A DNA stretch of 63,027 nucleotides, filler included, from Octopus bimaculoides (Eukaryota), in the NCBI RefSeq assembly GCF_001194135.2. It is 4 parts of 3 records of this genome, joined end to end, with 100 filler letters (N's around TTAATTAATTAA, not from the genome) between each part and the next. Parts side by side here need not be neighbours in the genome. Positions count along the whole stretch, not along the records: positions 1 to 17,062 come from NC_068984.1; positions 17,163 to 40,227 come from NC_068982.1; 2 more parts are not named here. One strand, written 5' to 3'. The stretch's first letter is position 1, and the number at the start of each line of letters is the position of its first letter. Under the pieces are notes generated by a model that worked only from the letters and a program-made list of their open reading frames with translations, searched no databases and was not told the origin of the DNA. A program made the translations under genes and the position numbers. This document shows, piece after piece, positions 13,126 to 25,816 of this stretch.

Positions 13126-13193
13126 CCCTGATGAACTGGTTCATGAAAAATATGACAGTGTTAAGCAAGACTTATTGAAACAGCTGTAGGAAT
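13124..13193 (+). ncRNA. Type I hammerhead-ribozyme-like motif (PLE-type, palindromic stem III)
   Basis: ATCC-CTGATGA(13128)-long stem II region-GAAA(13177)-CAGCTG-TA-GGAAT; predicted cleavage GUA after 13188. Confidence 0.65.
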
Positions 13194-13269
13194 GAATAGT
13201 TTGATATATCACTGACATTGTTTTGTGTTTCTCTTTCATATATATGATATCGTCATATTAGATCGTTGA

Positions 13270-13450
13270 ACTCTGCACATTTTTCTCTCTCCGCTTCCAC
13301 CCCCCACCTTTTTATTTCTTTCTGCTGAAGGGCGTAGGCTCGAAACGTAAAAGACTTTTCCATTCTTCCCGAGCGTTAAACTAATACAGCTGCTCGTTTT
13401 TCTTACACTACACCTGCCTTCGTCTTTTGTTTTCTGTAAATTTGAGCTGT
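13270..13450 (+). mobile_element. PLE terminal-repeat-like element with hammerhead variant at 13318-13353
   Basis: CTTT-CTGCTGA-A-GGGC GTAG GCTC-GAAA-CGTA-AAAG; flanks homologous to the minus copy at 15172-15290. Confidence 0.65.
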
Positions 13451-13799
13451 GTGCGCGCGTGTATGTGTATATGTAAACAGGACGGCCACAATTGGTTTAC
13501 TTGTTAAGTCAGGCTTACGCTAATACGAAAGAATATGAAGCTCCATTTGTGTGAAAGTAAAATCTCAACATATAGTGAGGCATTACGTAGACACAGTTCA
13601 TGTGAAATATCTTTTTAACAAAAAGTGGAATCTGCGATAGTTAGCTCCCCTAGATGTGCTATATGTTTCCCTTCGTCAGAACAACCAATGGTAATTCCTT
13701 GTTATTAACTACTTCATTAATTGCTTCTTGCCAAGGAAACGAAGACATGTTACATGAAACAATAGACAGATAGATAGGGAGTGGAACTAGTGTTTAGGA

Positions 13800-14050
13800 G
13801 TGTTGCAATCACGATGGTGAGACTGTGGTTAAGATTCTTTAAGCGGCTGCGGGTTGTCTTCTTGAGCCAAATGTGTATTTCAGGTTGCACCAGTCCGATC
13901 GACAGTAAATGGGTAACCTTTTGACGAATTGGACCTCCGATCAGATGGGAATGCTGGCCTACTCCTCTAGCCAGCAGGGTACCATCATTCGAAGGCTAAA
14001 AACGATGTGAAGTGTACTGTGACCAGCGATAACCTAGTGGGTACCGTGAT
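13800..14050 (+). mobile_element. Decayed SINE with family D/E-like body and a third tail type
   Basis: TTGTCTTCTTGAGCC...TATTTCAGGTTGCACCAGTCC...GTAAATGGGTA resembles the D/E body; downstream sequence differs from the C/D and E tails. Confidence 0.5.
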
Positions 14051-14116
14051 ATATAAATATATATTTGCAGTATATGATATAAGTTCAGAGAATTATGTGG
14101 CTATCACATACAAGTA

Positions 14117-14163
<47 letters not shown>

Positions 14164-14194
14164 TTATATGCAAGTATGGTCTATTGTTCTTTTT

Positions 14195-14388
14195 TCTTTT
14201 ATTTGTTTCAGTCATTTGACTGCGGCCATGCTGGAGCACCACCCTTAGTCGAGCAAATCGACCCCAGGACTTATTCTTTGTAAGCCTTAGTACTTGTTCT
14301 ATCGGTCTCTTTTTGCCGAATTGCTATGTTACGAGGACGTAAACATACCAACATCGGTTGTCAAACGATGATGGGGAACAAACACAGA
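14195..14388 (-). mobile_element. Family A SINE 3' half
   Basis: TTTGTTTCAGTCATTTGACTGCGGCCATGCTGGAGCACC...GACCCCAGGACTTATTC. Confidence 0.88.
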
Positions 14389-15102
14389 TATGGTCGATAT
14401 TATATCCTAATGAAACAAGTATACTTGATTCGTGTTTGAAAAGAGGTCCGAATGGTCATAACTGGAAGAGTTTTTCTACCGTAATATTTGTTCAGTAACC
14501 GCTGAACTTGATCTTAACAGTAACAGAAAAACCTATTTTTCGTTGTACTGGCTCTTGGATGATTTGAACTCAGAGCGAGCTTACTCTAGTTGCTGACATT
14601 ATGCCACTATTTTTCAGGGTTTAACCAATACACTGATTGCTGTTGATGACGTAATAAAGAGATTAACAGAGTAGATTTAATCAAACCTCCGTCCGTTCTC
14701 ACTTCTCCTTTGATTTGTAACACCCAAATTTAATCTCCCAAACACACAAACGTAAAAATACAAACGTATGCATAATTCATAAACTGCACATAATAATGCA
14801 TCTCGCTCTATCTATGTACATACAATATGCGTGGCACTGGCTGCATGCTGAATGTGCATCGGCATTTCTTTGGTGCCAACATGCTTTCAGAAGCCGTAGG
14901 TGCCGTCTAGCATGCCAGCATTATCTGCCAATATTGTTAGGAAATATTAGCATATTGTCTTGACAATGGCACTATTAAAGTTTACCATATATTAGTGTGG
15001 AAGTCAGTGGTAACTTATTTAATAAATGGAACATTGCAAAGGTAACTAGGAATGGATATGATATACAGACAGGTATATATACGTACATGTGTGTCTGTGT
15101 GC

Positions 15103-15171
<69 letters not shown>

Positions 15172-15173
<2 letters not shown>

Positions 15174-15300
15174 GAATTTAAAAAGGACGGGTGTGTAAAC
15201 AACAAACAGATGTATTAGTTTAACGCTCGGGAAGTGAGAAAGTCTTTTACGTTTCGAGCCTACGCTCTTCGACAGAAAGGAACACAGAAATACCAAAAAG
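15172..15300 (-). mobile_element. PLE terminal-repeat-like element with hammerhead variant at 15244-15279
   Basis: Minus: CTTT-CTGTCGA-A-GAGC GTAG GCTC-GAAA-CGTA-AAAG-ACTTTCTCACTTCCCGAGCGTTAAACTAATAC. Confidence 0.68.
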
Positions 15301-15510
15301 TTTAGAAAAGTTCAAAAGTTCCAAATGTCGTTGTGTATTGGAACGATTTTTCATCAAAGGAAGATCCCAGTGTAATCCATAGGTAGGAGAGGTGCAGCCG
15401 AATTGTAGGTGTCCGAGTGTAGGACAGTAGAAGAATGTCCAGGTAGAGAATCCAGGGAGAATAGTCCTCCAAGAAAATTTCGAAGTGTTATATATATGTA
15501 TATATTTGTA

Positions 15511-15612
<102 letters not shown>

Positions 15613-17012
15613 GAAGCTGAAGACCATTACGCTGTGTATTAAGTAGCGACTATAAACAAATAGTATGAGCAAAACAATATTGATTTTGGGTTTCATCTCA
15701 TTTTACTGGGCAAGTAGGGAGCGAAAACTTTAGACAGGTTTCTGTCTTATTCTCACCACCGCAGCAAAACACATTTACAGAATCATTAATAAAAGAACAA
15801 CTAATGAATTAAATGCAAGGCTGTAAATTACTTGGCGTATGGAGATACGATTTCTGAGACACAAAATAATTTTGAAATGTTGGTGCTTTTGTTGTGGTAG
15901 TTCAAAACCAGCCCATAATCAAAAGCTTCCCAGTTATAATCAGGGGCCGTCTTATTTATAGCAGGCATAGTGTATCTAGTTCTACACTATTATTTGAATG
16001 CAGAGTATTGTGAGTTACAGAAGATTTAGTTGATATTTCTAGAGAATCAACGGTCCTCCAAGACACAACCCTGTTGCGCCGATTCGCTTGGTAGAAAATA
16101 GATTCAGGGATTATGGGTGTCTCGCTTGATTGAGTCGAGGGCAGTTAATAATGTTTCAAATATTCAACAGTTCGTTAAAAAAGAATTTGGAAATTTTGGA
16201 AAAGGGTAATCGTGTTTCGAAAGACAAAAGACTTTGCTTAAAAAATGAACAATGCTCAGTTACTGAAGGAGAAGGCTTTCGTCGAACTTAATTATCTCAA
16301 AAAGGTCAAGTTATTGGCTTTCCCATTCCCGTGTCTGAATAGTTCATCCTGAACATGCATGGGTCTCTAGAAAATATTTCCCAGGCTAAGAATTTGGGGA
16401 TGTTGTCCGGAGAGCACTGGAATGAATGGCCTCCAGAGAAAAGTGGTAAAATGGTTTCTCGTTGACATTCAGTCCCTCAAAGAATAGTGCAACAAATTTC
16501 ATTTATGGGCCACAAGGGCACGAAATTTGGAACCAACTGAAAGAAAAACACCACACAAAAGAAAAGAAAAGAACAACAAGAAACATAGAGATATTTACAC
16601 TCAATAAAAGGATGAATCAGCAATTACAATCATGTTATATGAATTAATAGATTAATAGAATTACAATGATGTTATATAGATTAATAAAACAGTAAGAGCA
16701 CAATGAAATAAGGTCAAGAAAGAATCAGCAAACTTAAAGATACACAGCACTTTAAGTTGACGAAACATAAAGCCCGGATTAAGGTGATTCATTAGACTAC
16801 CATTTACCGCTTCATTCCACCAGTGGTCCGCAATCGGAGTTCATATGGTTCTTTGGAGTCCATATAAGATTTTGTAGTTAAAATTTGATCTGCAATAAAT
16901 TGCAATACACAAAATGTTTTAACAATTATTTGCATTTAATTCCTAATAAAATTTAACTTTAAAAAGTCAGTAAGGGCTTGACTGAAGAAGAATGTATACT
17001 TATCTATGTATA

Positions 17013-17062
<50 letters not shown>

Positions 17063-17106
17063 NNNNNNNNNNNNNNNNNNNNNNNNNNNNNNNNNNNNNN
17101 NNNNNN

Positions 17107-17118
17107 TTAATTAATTAA
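17107..17118. other. Artificial TTAATTAATTAA linker inside a 100-bp gap placeholder (also 40272-40283 and 60635-60646)
   Basis: Each is flanked by 44 N on both sides (44+12+44=100) and has stop codons in all six frames. Confidence 0.92.
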
Positions 17119-17280
17119 NNNNNNNNNNNNNNNNNNNNNNNNNNNNNNNNNNNNNNNNNNNNAATAATAAATAAAAAAAAACATAAAAATAAACAAGCTT
17201 TTGATAGTTTTATAGATATTTCAAAATTATGATGGTATGATGCTAGGTGTTTCCATTATTTTGTTCAACCCCTGAATATA

Positions 17281-17658
17281 CAGTGATACCCCGCAGTACG
17301 AGTTTAATTCGTTCCATGATCGAGCTCGTCTTGCGATTTACTCGTTTCACAAATCAATTTTCCCCGTTGAAATTAACTGAAGTATAATTAATCTACCAAA
17401 ACCATTCAAAAATAATTTTTTATCGGTTTAAAACAGAAAAGGTGTAGTTACAAGTAAAATGACAATTATAGAAAAGAGAATATAAAGATTTTATCAACTG
17501 AATTACCTTAAAGATGGGACGATTTGTGTGCTCGTACTGCGGATTTCTGCTCGTACTGCGGATTTCCGCTCGTACTTCAAGACAAAAATTCGCACGAGTC
17601 TCAGCTCGTACAGAAAATTACTTGTACAATGGGGCACTCGTACTGCAAGGTTTTACTA
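17281..17658. mobile_element. Tigger/pogo-type MITE
   Basis: TA|CAGTGATACCCCGCAGTACGAG ... CTCGTACTGCAAGGTTTTACTA|TA imperfect TIRs; subterminal CTCGTACTGCGGATT repeats. Confidence 0.75.
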
Positions 17659-17698
17659 TATATATATGTATATGTGTGAGTGTGCGTGTGCGTGTGTA

Positions 17699-17729
<31 letters not shown>

Positions 17730-18500
17730 ATGTATGTATGTATGTATGTATGTATGTATGTATCCATTGCTTTCCCCAGCGAACATGTACTTAGCCATCT
17801 GTCCTCACTTAATGCTGTCAAGTTGCTTGCTTCATTTCATGCGCTAACAACTCGGTGAACGATCTTTGTTCCTTGTGGTTGTCAAAATATTCTTATTTGA
17901 GAATGCAGTGGAGTTTTTCCGTTGCCGTCCTTCGTATATTTTTCCATTTTTAGAAGATATCATCATGTTAGCTACATATAGACAAATTCACCACACCTAC
18001 ATAAGGCACACGCAGCGTCAATAGCTGGGAAAGTATCTTGTAGGAAGCTCTAATAAATCTTCCTATCTACCGCTATGGACTGGTAATATATTTTATAGAT
18101 TCAAGAAGGTTGAAAGATAAAGTTATCCATGGGTTTTGAACACCGTAAAGAACCGGAACAAATATCAGTTCTTTGAATCCGCCGGATAAAACGGTTTACT
18201 TAGTCATTTGATCTCAGTCAACATTGTAAAACAGAGTACTTAGCGATTTTACCTCATTCCATAGAGTAAGAGGAAATATTTATCTCAACGTTCTGACAGA
18301 TATAAGATGACATTAAAACAATGACATAATGAATCACAAGAAACAAAGAGAAAAAATAATAGTCAATCGAAAATCAAATATGGAGGGGGAAAAAACAGTT
18401 TTGAATATTTATTTTGCCATGGGGAATTTGTTGCAGAAAAATCATTCCAGTAAGCTCCTGGCAAGAGATAAAAATCTTGCCATTATTAAGTGGTAAATCA

Positions 18501-18533
<33 letters not shown>

Positions 18534-18576
18534 TGTATGTATGTATGTATGTATGTATTTAAACACATAGATATAC

Positions 18577-18652
<76 letters not shown>

Positions 18653-18945
18653 CATATAGTATGTATATATATGTATGTGTGTGTATATATATGTGTGTGC
18701 ATATATATGTATATGTATATTAATATATATAGTTATATATGTATATGCATATATATATGTATATATATATGTATATATATATATGCGAGTAAAAATAAAT
18801 ACAAAAAAGGTGGTTTTTTTGTATGATTGTGTATAGAGGAATATATTATTTTGTTTAAAAGAGTTCCAACACTGTCTGTTTTTTATGTTTTATTTATATT
18901 CCTGCAGAACCAATGTGGGGTATAGAATATGGAATATGGAAAACT

Positions 18946-19144
18946 TGGGGTTTAAAAATCTTATCCCTATAACCAAAACACAAAAAATCTCTCAGATATC
19001 ATCATTTCTATAAATAGATTTGGCATCATTTCTAAGAACAGCCAAACACCTACTGGGGTTTTAAAATCTTATCCCTACAACCCAAACACAAAAACAATAA
19101 ATTAAAATATCATCATTTCTAAAAATAGATTTGACATCAATTCT
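18946..19144 (+). repeat. About 108-bp tandem repeat (two units) running into a gap
   Basis: TGGGGTTT.AAAATCTTATCCCTA.AACC.AAACACAAAAA...ATATCATCATTTCTA.AAATAGATTTG.CATCA.TTCT at 18946 and 19054. Confidence 0.85.
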
Positions 19145-19919
19145 NNNNNNNNNNNNNNNNNNNNNNNNNNNNNNNNNNNNNNNNNNNNNNNNNNNNNNNN
19201 NNNNNNNNNNNNNNNNNNNNNNNNNNNNNNNNNNNNNNNNNNNNNNNNNNNNNNNNNNNNNNNNNNNNNNNNNNNNNNNNNNNNNNNNNNNNNNNNNNNN
19301 NNNNNNNNNNNNNNNNNNNNNNNNNNNNNNNNNNNNNNNNNNNNNNNNNNNNNNNNNNNNNNNNNNNNNNNNNNNNNNNNNNNNNNNNNNNNNNNNNNNN
19401 NNNNNNNNNNNNNNNNNNNNNNNNNNNNNNNNNNNNNNNNNNNNNNNNNNNNNNNNNNNNNNNNNNNNNNNNNNNNNNNNNNNNNNNNNNNNNNNNNNNN
19501 NNNNNNNNNNNNNNNNNNNNNNNNNNNNNNNNNNNNNNNNNNNNNNNNNNNNNNNNNNNNNNNNNNNNNNNNNNNNNNNNNNNNNNNNNNNNNNNNNNNN
19601 NNNNNNNNNNNNNNNNNNNNNNNNNNNNNNNNNNNNNNNNNNNNNNNNNNNNNNNNNNNNNNNNNNNNNNNNNNNNNNNNNNNNNNNNNNNNNNNNNNNN
19701 NNNNNNNNNNNNNNNNNNNNNNNNNNNNNNNNNNNNNNNNNNNNNNNNNNNNNNNNNNNNNNNNNNNNNNNNNNNNNNNNNNNNNNNNNNNNNNNNNNNN
19801 NNNNNNNNNNNNNNNNNNNNNNNNNNATATATATATATATATGCATACACATATATATATGCATACACATATATATATATGCATACACATATATGCATAC
19901 ATATATGTGTAGAGTCAGT

Positions 19920-20692
19920 TTACGACGGATGTGACAATAGAGAATCGCTCTATCCATGCAAAGAGCTTTATAAACAAGTTAAAGCACAAAGAGGCTAGAA
20001 TGCTTTGGTTTTTCTCCGATCTAGACCAAAATGTAAACGGATGGTTATGCAGAGGCCCGAACGAGGTTTCAACGATCATGCATACTAAGTTCCTAGTAAC
20101 TGTGATAGATCTGGGAGTCGTCAGTAATGAGGGAGAAGTCATGCCTCCTAACTTTTTTTCAAAGCGCTTAAAAGTCAATGCCATTGTCTAGATAGAGGTG
20201 TTGGAGAAAGTTGCGAGGCTCTAGATAGACAGTGTATGCAACGAAAGACAGTCTTCCAACAAGACTCTGTGTCGTCTCATAAGGCTAGGGCAACCCAAGC
20301 GTTGATGCGCGTGCCAATCTGCATGATTATGTTCTTCCAGACACATGGCCTCCTAGCTCACCAGACCTCAAACTTCTGGACTATTACATATGGAGGCATA
20401 GTCGAGAGAAAGGCTAATCAACACCCCCATAACACCATAGAATCTCACAAGTTCGCCATAACCGGCACTATGTCTAAAATTGATAAAGGTCACATGATTC
20501 GCACACGTCAACGCTTCCGACTTCGTATTGAAACAACCATTGATGCTAACGGTGGATCTATTGAGTAGGTGTGATAAAAGGATTCTCAAGTTTATTTATA
20601 TCAATTTGTTTTCAAATACAGCTTTTCTTTGATGAATTACATGTCTTTTCCTAATTTCATACAAATGACCACTAAAAGGCTGACTCACTGGG
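19920..20692 (+). mobile_element. Decayed Tc1/mariner superfamily transposase 3' part, maT (DD37D)-like, with right end
   Basis: LGVVSNEGEVMPP...VFQQDS..SHKA...WPPSSPDLKLLDYYIW..VERKAN...IDANGGSIE*; 37 residues between the 2nd and 3rd D after removing a 2-bp insertion near 20319. Confidence 0.8.
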
Positions 20693-20783
<91 letters not shown>

Positions 20784-21211
20784 CTCTATGTGTATGAATA
20801 TGCTTATAATCTGGTTGAAAGTTGGGGGGATCTTCAGACACAAGTACTATTTCGTTGCATCTTCATGCTCTTCGGGATAAATAGAATCGATGGGTCCTGA
20901 GTTCTCTTTCGGCACAATTCCCTATTGGAGCTGACAGCTTAGACTTTGCCTCTTTGCAGAGATCACAAATCACTGACAGTGTGTATGTATACAGGCAGTG
21001 GGCTGCATTTCTTATAGTCTGCATGCCTTCCAAAGAAGATCGGCTCGCTCAGTTATACTCCCCATTCTTGTTGTGGACTCATTAGTGCTCATATAATTCA
21101 GGGATATGTCTGAACAAAAGCTAAGGGTTACGTCATTCCCAATGGTCTTACGCACACCGGACATTAACCTAGTGTTTCTATTTCCTCGTATTATTGATAA
21201 ATAGACGTTTA

Positions 21212-21472
21212 AATAAATAATAAACGCGCCCTTTTAAAGCCTAGCCAGGCTCATGGGCTCGGTTTCCCTGTTTCAATGGCGTATGTGCTCTCCAGCTGGA
21301 CGGGACGCCAGTCCATCGCAGTGTTACTCATTTTTGTCAGTTGAGTGGACTGGAGCAACGTGAAATAAAGTGTTTTGCTCAAGAACACAACGTGTTGCCC
21401 GGTCCAGGTATCGAAACCACAATCTTACGATCATGCTGCTGACAATGTAACCACTAAGCCACGCGCCTCCAC
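21212..21472 (-). mobile_element. tRNA-derived SINE family E (D-type head and body, different tail) with 13-bp TSD
   Basis: Minus: GGCGCGTGGCTTAGTGG...TGTGTTCTTGAGCAAAACACTTTATTTCAC...GCGATGGACTGGCGTCCCGTCCAG...GGCTAGGCTTTAAAAGG; AAATAGACGTTTA at 21199-21211 and 21473-21485. Confidence 0.88.
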
Positions 21473-21689
21473 AAATAGACGTTTAGCCTATTTTAAGTCA
21501 ATCCTTATTTTTGTGAGGTACTGCTTTTCTTCTACTGAGTTTCTAGCAAGCTTCCTCCCCAGGTGAGCCTTGTGGAAAAATGGCCGAATCATATGGATAA
21601 TGACTAGCTTAACTAAATTCAAGCTAATATACAGAAATAAGAATATCACTATCAACAACAAAGTCAGAGTCCCGTATGCACTTGTATTT

Positions 21690-22125
21690 TTCATATTCTC
21701 TATACATTCGGAATAAAGACTTTTATGTCAGAAATTCAGAGGAAGATACAAGCATTGGAAATTAGATGCTGTCGGAGTAGTTTACACATTTTCTACGTAG
21801 ACCACACACAGATGATCGGATTCGTGAATCTTCAAGAATCGCACTAGCTTTCGTGAAGACATCAAAACAGTGAAAGAAAAGGAGATACTATGGTGGTATA
21901 ATAAGATTCAGTGACCTTGTAAAAATCATTCTTTAAGGAACTGTGGAGGTTGAAGAAAGAGAGTTGGACCATGTAGAAGATGGACTGACAACGCCAAAGA
22001 ATGAACCAGCAATTGTCAGTGGGAACCTGAGTTCTGGCATGCAACCAAGACATGGATAAAAATGTTGTACAAGATATCACGATGGCACCGTTCGACACCA
22101 TCGGAACTTGAGGGCCCAAGATACA
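21690..22125 (+). mobile_element. RTE/BovB-like LINE 3' fragment
   Basis: Decayed ALEIRCCR..L.I...DH, KIIL.GTVEG.RKR.GP.RRWTDNAKEW motifs typical of RTE ORF C-termini. Confidence 0.65.
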
Positions 22126-22258
22126 CTCATACAAACACAAACATATATACTTATGTGTGTGTTATGTATGTATGTATGTATGTATGTATGTATGTATGTA
22201 TGTGCATGCATACATGTATGTTTGTATGTATGTACGTACGTACACACACACACACATA

Positions 22259-22484
22259 CGAGGGGGTGTTGAAAAGTTCTTGGCTTTAAGGGTATCGGGA
22301 AAGGCCTTGCTGGAAGCGCAACCTTCCGAGTTCTTTTAGATGGTTTACAAAGACTGAAAAACTGAACGACTGCTGCAATAAGTGTGTGAATCTGAGAGGG
22401 GAATAAGTTCGATAAAATCATATTTAATTGATCCTCCTGTATTTTCTTTTACCCAAAACCAGGAACTTTTCAGCAACCCCTCGT
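22259..22484 (+). mobile_element. Mariner-derived MITE retaining the transposase C-terminal remnant
   Basis: TIRs TA|CGAGGGGGTGTTGAAAAGTTCTTGG ... CCAGGAACTTTTCAGCAACCCCTCG; internal DGLQRL...CNKCVNLRGE.V. Confidence 0.8.
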
Positions 22485-23277
22485 GTGAATAGTCTCTCTT
22501 TGGTAAAAATCTTTTTGCTTTTGTCTCTGCCTGCATTCATATTTTCTACTTATATATTGAATCACTCTCAAACATAGTCTTGTTTCTCACCTTCTGGTAA
22601 TATATATATATAAGCATATTTTTTCTTCGTTTTTCAATATTATTATGTATACGTATAACTCTCTATGGCTTTTTTCTGCTAGCGAAATTGTTACGTTGTA
22701 CTCTACTAGGCATGCGTAGCCTTGTTTACATTGTATTTTGTCTCAACCTGTTACTATTTTTTTAAACATATCCGTTAGATTCTTATGTTATAGTTTTACT
22801 GCACATATAGACTTGCATACACATTGATATGTTTTTCTTTTTCTTTTTCTTTTTCGTCTCTCTCACTATTATTATTATTGTTGTTATCATTATTTTCTTC
22901 CTTCACAACTTGGTTTGTAAATTATCCGATTTTCCCTTATTGTATCTTATTTTATTTTAATTTTAATTTAATTTTTATTTTTATTTTATTTTATTCTATT
23001 TCCTCTTATAAAACTTTCTTGATGTTCTTCAAGAGATGAGAATGACAATGCATAAATTTAATTATAATTACTATGATTAAAAGCTTTTTTTTGCTTACAC
23101 ATTTGCATTGTTTTTCGAAACGTACGTATGCATTGAATCCAGTTTTGTAATAAATCTATTTTTGATTCTACATATTTTCTCCATTTTTTTTAATACTTGC
23201 TTTATGGTATATTTTTATACCTATAACGAAACTCCTCAAATATATATATACACATATATATATATACACATATATAT

Positions 23278-23364
<87 letters not shown>

Positions 23365-24312
23365 CATATAATATATATATATACGTGTGTGTGTATGTAT
23401 GTGCCTGTGTATGTGCGTAACACAATGCAATAAAGTGATCCCCCGATGATTGTTGTGATTCAAAATCCAGTTGCAATTAGAACATCCAAAGCAGAGGTTT
23501 TAAACAATTACAACGTTGAAGCGTACGTAGTGGAGAAGAGATAAACATATGTTCTTTGTATCATAATCAGTAATACAACACAGTAGTAAGCAAAAACCAC
23601 TTTTATGAAAACAGACTGGGCGATGATAGTATACACAAAGCTCTAAACTCAACAGGAGCAGTCGTACACCAATCTGCACACACAGGATGTACTACATCTA
23701 TCTGTCTATCTACTCTTCTCTCTCTCCCCCTCTATCACTCCCTCTCTCTTTCACTCTCTCTCTCACTCTCTCTCTCTCTCTCTCCCTGTCTATCCATCTA
23801 TATGTGTGTACATAAGTGTGGTATTTGATATATTTTCTTGTCTTTATATCCACTCACTCTTATAATCATAATGATTTGTCAACTTGAGATTTGTATGTTT
23901 GTAAATAATTTCTCCACATCTTTATAAATCTTTGATATTTATTATCACTTCAGCTCTATAATTTATTTTAATTTCTTTTAATATCACACAAACCACCAAT
24001 TTCCACTTGTTCATATTTAGTTATTTTCAGAACTCTTATGTAATGATTTTTTTCCCTTTTAAGTTTCATGTTTTTATCAATAGACAGAATATTCTATAGA
24101 GATTTCATTCATTTTGAACAGTAAATCTTTTTTGTTTTAGCACTGTTTCTGTGTAATAGGATATTTGCTTTAAAATTTATATTTTCACAAATACAAACTT
24201 TTTATTATAAGAATGCTTCTGTTTTTTACACCTTGATTTATTTATCATAAAATAACTTCACATCTTACGTAAAATGTTTCTACTTTTTAAAGGTTATATA
24301 AGATTCTATTAT

Positions 24313-25168
24313 TCTGATCAATAAATATCCGGACTGTTGCCATAGTAATGACGCTAAAGTACACAATGTAAAGCCACTTAGCACATATTGACCTTGTACT
24401 CTGCTGTGCATGTGTACTAAGTTTTAACGTTCTAGCTCACTTCCGCTGTTTTACAACAGTGCTTGGAATGAAGGTGTGTAGCGTGTGATCGTTGCATTGA
24501 CCACGACAGAGAAAGTTGAGCAGAGAATCTGCATCAAATTTTGCCAAAAGCTTAGCGATACCTCATCGTTCTCATCACAATCAAGGAGATCTTGTGCAAC
24601 TGAAACCCGAGTGTCTGTTTGGTCAGCTGAAAGCAGTTTTGGCACAAACTTGGCAGACACGCGTCTCATACCCAAATCTTCAGGGATAATGGACTGAACT
24701 GAACTGCAACTAATTTGCACATGCTCTGATAACTCACGGATGGTAATTCGACGATTTCCTCTCACAGCTGCACGCATATCTGCGATGTTTTTCTCAGTTG
24801 TTTTGGTTGCGGGTCTCCCAGAACGTTCGTCAATATCGACATATTTTCGGCCATCTTGAAAACGTCTGAACCACTCGTACACTTGTGTGGGGCTCATACA
24901 CTCTTCTCCATTTACTTTCTGCAACTGTGCGCTGGCTTCTGAGCAGGTATCACCATGACAACTTTTTCAGTCTTGGTCAATGCGACGATCACACGCTACA
25001 CATCTTCCTTCCAAGCACTGCTGTAAGCAGCGGAATTGAGCTAGAAAGTTAAATCTTAGTGTGCATACACAGCAGAGTTTAAGGTCAATCCTTTCCAAGC
25101 AGCTTTACTCTACATACTTTAGCTTCGTTACTATGGCAACTGTCCGGATACTTATTGATCAGACCGCG
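24313..25168 (-). mobile_element. Mariner derivative built from two left ends (inverted duplication)
   Basis: Minus ORF with EWFRRFQDGR...DERSGRP...RRITIRELSE...LGMRRVSAKFVPKLL; TIR GGTCTGATCAATAAGTATCCGGAC at both ends; 24313-24563 is a plus-strand copy of the 5' end. Confidence 0.88.
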
Positions 25169-25816
25169 TATGTTTCTAACTTCCCGATGGGTTTTCTGAA
25201 TTTGTCCCAAAATTTACGATATAAAATATGTATATATATTCTAACTTAATTAATTAAGTCTTGTAACAATTTTTATGCAAAATGGACGAGTTTATTCTTC
25301 TTAATACCTAATTTCAGTTATGTGAAATCGTTGTCATTAATAATGCTTCGAAAACTACAAAAACAGCAACTGCCCATTTAGCGTTCTTAAATTTCTTATA
25401 TTCCTAACATCACAGTTTGCAATATAAAATATTACCTCTTCAACGTCATTAATTTTATTTAATTATACAACGCAGGCCTTTTCCAACAAATTAACTCTAA
25501 TTCAATGATTTCTTTGTTTGCTCTATGAGAAATTATGCATGCTTACACACACACACACACACACACACACACTTACACATATACGTACACACGCACCACT
25601 CCATTTGTATATCTCGAATTAATATATGTGTAAATACATGCGTACAGGTTATATTTACAGATATCTGTTTATTTGCATTTCTCATATAAAGAAACGCAAA
25701 GGGATAGATATCTGTATACGTTCAGTTACACACAAACACGTATACACAACCGATAAGAATCTCAGATGTACATTGTTAAACATTAGTTATATAGCATATA
25801 GAGTATATTTCATTAC

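Noticed and set aside
13655-13690. Minus-strand CTGACGA-AGG-GAAA-CATATA hammerhead-like string
   Set aside because: No stem II, and no valid UH site or stem I pairing.
16819-16990. hAT-like TIR start CAGTGGTCCGCAA
   Set aside because: No matching right TIR or 8-bp TSD visible before the gap.
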